Assembly: GCF_001194135.2 (NCBI RefSeq) | Contig: NC_069008.1 | Location: forward strand, 17,471,750 to 17,520,242 | Direction of reading: 5' to 3' | DNA: 48,493 nucleotides | Source: Octopus bimaculoides | Taxonomy: Eukaryota | In this document: in pieces, positions 46,291-48,493 of the stretch | Position numbering within the stretch: position 1 is the stretch's first letter | How the letters are laid out: every line of letters begins with the position of its first letter | Notes under the pieces: model-generated | What the model was told of the DNA's origin: nothing | The model's input: only the letters and a program-made list of their open reading frames with translations | The model's database searches: none | Program-made: the position numbers and the translations under genes

Positions 46291-47344
46291 GTTAATATAT
46301 ATACGTGTGTGTATATATATATATATATTTATATATATATAATATATACATACATATATATATAATATATACATATATATATAATATATACATACATATA
46401 TATATNNNNNNNNNNNNNNNNNNNNNNNNNNNNNNNNNNNNNNNNNNNNNNNNNNNNNNNNNNNNNNNNNNNNNNNNNNNNNNNNNNNNNNNNNNNNNNN
46501 NNNNNNNNNNNNNNNNNNNNNNNNNNNNNNNNNNNNNNNNNNNNNNNNNNNNNNNNNNNNNNNNNNNNNNNNNNNNNNNNNNNNNNNNNNNNNNNNNNNN
46601 NNNNNNNNNNNNNNNNNNNNNNNNNNNNNNNNNNNNNNNNNNNNNNNNNNNNNNNNNNNNNNNNNNNNNNNNNNNNNNNNNNNNNNNNNNNNNNNNNNNN
46701 NNNNNNNNNNNNNNNNNNNNNNNNNNNNNNNNNNNNNNNNNNNNNNNNNNNNNNNNNNNNNNNNNNNNNNNNNNNNNNNNNNNNNNNNNNNNNNNNNNNN
46801 NNNNNNNNNNNNNNNNNNNNNNNNNNNNNNNNNNNNNNNNNNNNNNNNNNNNNNNNNNNNNNNNNNNNNNNNNNNNNNNNNNNNNNNNNNNNNNNNNNNN
46901 NNNNNNNNNNNNNNNNNNNNNNNNNNNNNNNNNNNNNNNNNNNNNNNNNNNNNNNNNNNNNNNNNNNNNNNNNNNNNNNNNNNNNNNNNNNNNNNNNNNN
47001 NNNNNNNNNNNNNNNNNNNNNNNNNNNNNNNNNNNNNNNNNNNNNNNNNNNNNNNNNNNNNNNNNNNNNNNNNNNNNNNNNNNNNNNNNNNNNNNNNNNN
47101 NNNNNNNNNNNNNNNNNNNNNNNNNNNNNNNNNNNNNNNNNNNNNNNNNNNNNNNNNNNNNNNNNNNNNNNNNNNNNNNNNNNNNNNNNNNNNNNNNNNN
47201 NNNNNNNNNNNNNNNNNNNNNNNNNNNNNNNNNNNNNNNNNNNNNNNNNNNNNNNNNNNNNNNNNNNNNNNNNNNNNNNNNNNNNNNNNNNNNNNNNNNN
47301 NNNNNNNNNNNNNNNNNNNNNNNNNNNNNNNNNNNNNNNNNNNN

Positions 47345-47414
<70 letters not shown>

Positions 47415-47527
47415 TATATATATGTATATGTATTTATATAAGTATATCTATATATATATATATGTATGTATATACATACATATATATGCATACATATGCA
47501 TGTATGTGTCTGTGTGTATGTATGTAT

Positions 47528-47590
<63 letters not shown>
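45996..47590. repeat. (TA)n-rich microsatellite tract with gaps
   Basis: Directly visible. Confidence 0.9.
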
Positions 47591-47593
<3 letters not shown>

Positions 47594-48493
47594 CCCCCAT
47601 CCCAACCACCACCATCATCATCATCACCACCACCACCATCATCATAAACACACGCCTCTCTGCTTCCTTTCTCAATGTTTTATATTCTTCGTTAAACACA
47701 GCCTTCGCACATAAATATTTACAAGTCCTTCCTGCCCTACACACGCACACAACACGTGCATGTGAGCCACACACCTACAAACGCTACCAAACACAGCTCC
47801 ACACCCTATGCCTGTCTCTTTGATCGACCCCCAGTACACAACTGGTACTTAATTTATCGACCCCGAAAGGATGAGAGGNNNNNNNNNNNNNNNNNNNNNN
47901 NNNNNNNNNNNNNNNNNNNNNNNNNNNNNNNNNNNNNNNNNNNNNNNNNNNNNNNNNNNNNNNNNNNNNNNNNNNNNNTTGTGCCTTAATGGTGAGTGTG
48001 TTTAATTTTATGGCACAATAAGAAAACGACTCTCCCCAGACACAACATGAAAAATCTTACAAACCAAATCCAAAAACGAAATATATATATATATACATAC
48101 ATATATCGTCCTCTATCCATCTATCTATCTATCTAACTATCTACCTGTCTGTTAAACCTATCAACCTATCTGCCTATCTATCTACACAAGTATGTATGTT
48201 TGTGTGTGTGCATGCATGTTTATACACACACACACACACCTGCATATATATCAACTAAATCCTGCTAGCATTGTCTTCATGACTTTCTTACTACATACCT
48301 GTCTTCCCCCCCCCTCTTCCCCCTCTCTCTTTCGACCCTCCCTCTGTCTCTTCTCCTTTCCTTTCCATTCATCCCCCCTCTTCTGTGTCACCTTACCACC
48401 CTACTCCACCCTTTACCTCAAACAGTCTAGTTTAAAATAGGGGGCAGCCCCTAAAACCATATCCTTCCTACTCCCTACTCGCACCTAAAAACT

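Overview
Eukaryotic, microsatellite- and SINE-saturated genomic DNA with many N-gaps, most consistent with an Octopus draft assembly (inferred from repeat content). Two intron-rich catabolic genes lie head-to-head, about 2.9 kb apart. FAH (fumarylacetoacetase) is on the minus strand: 13 coding exons, 24299->7718, with exon 2 partly in a gap. MCCC2 (methylcrotonoyl-CoA carboxylase beta) is on the plus strand: 17 expected exons, 27175->39964, with exon 2 not visible and probably in the 27420-28341 gap. I reconstructed exons by hand from GT/AG sites and reading frame; almost none of the supplied ORFs are real genes. Non-coding DNA holds several tRNA-derived or tailed SINE families (my own labels A-F), TTAA-flanked piggyBac-type MITEs, hAT and mariner MITEs, remnants of an RLE-type LINE and a Penelope-like GIY-YIG remnant. 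The most striking unannotated signal is two type I hammerhead-ribozyme folds in sense orientation in FAH introns 6 and 7, bracketing a catalytic exon. Further degenerate hammerhead-like cores occur elsewhere, and a U2 snRNA 5' fragment abuts the Penelope remnant.
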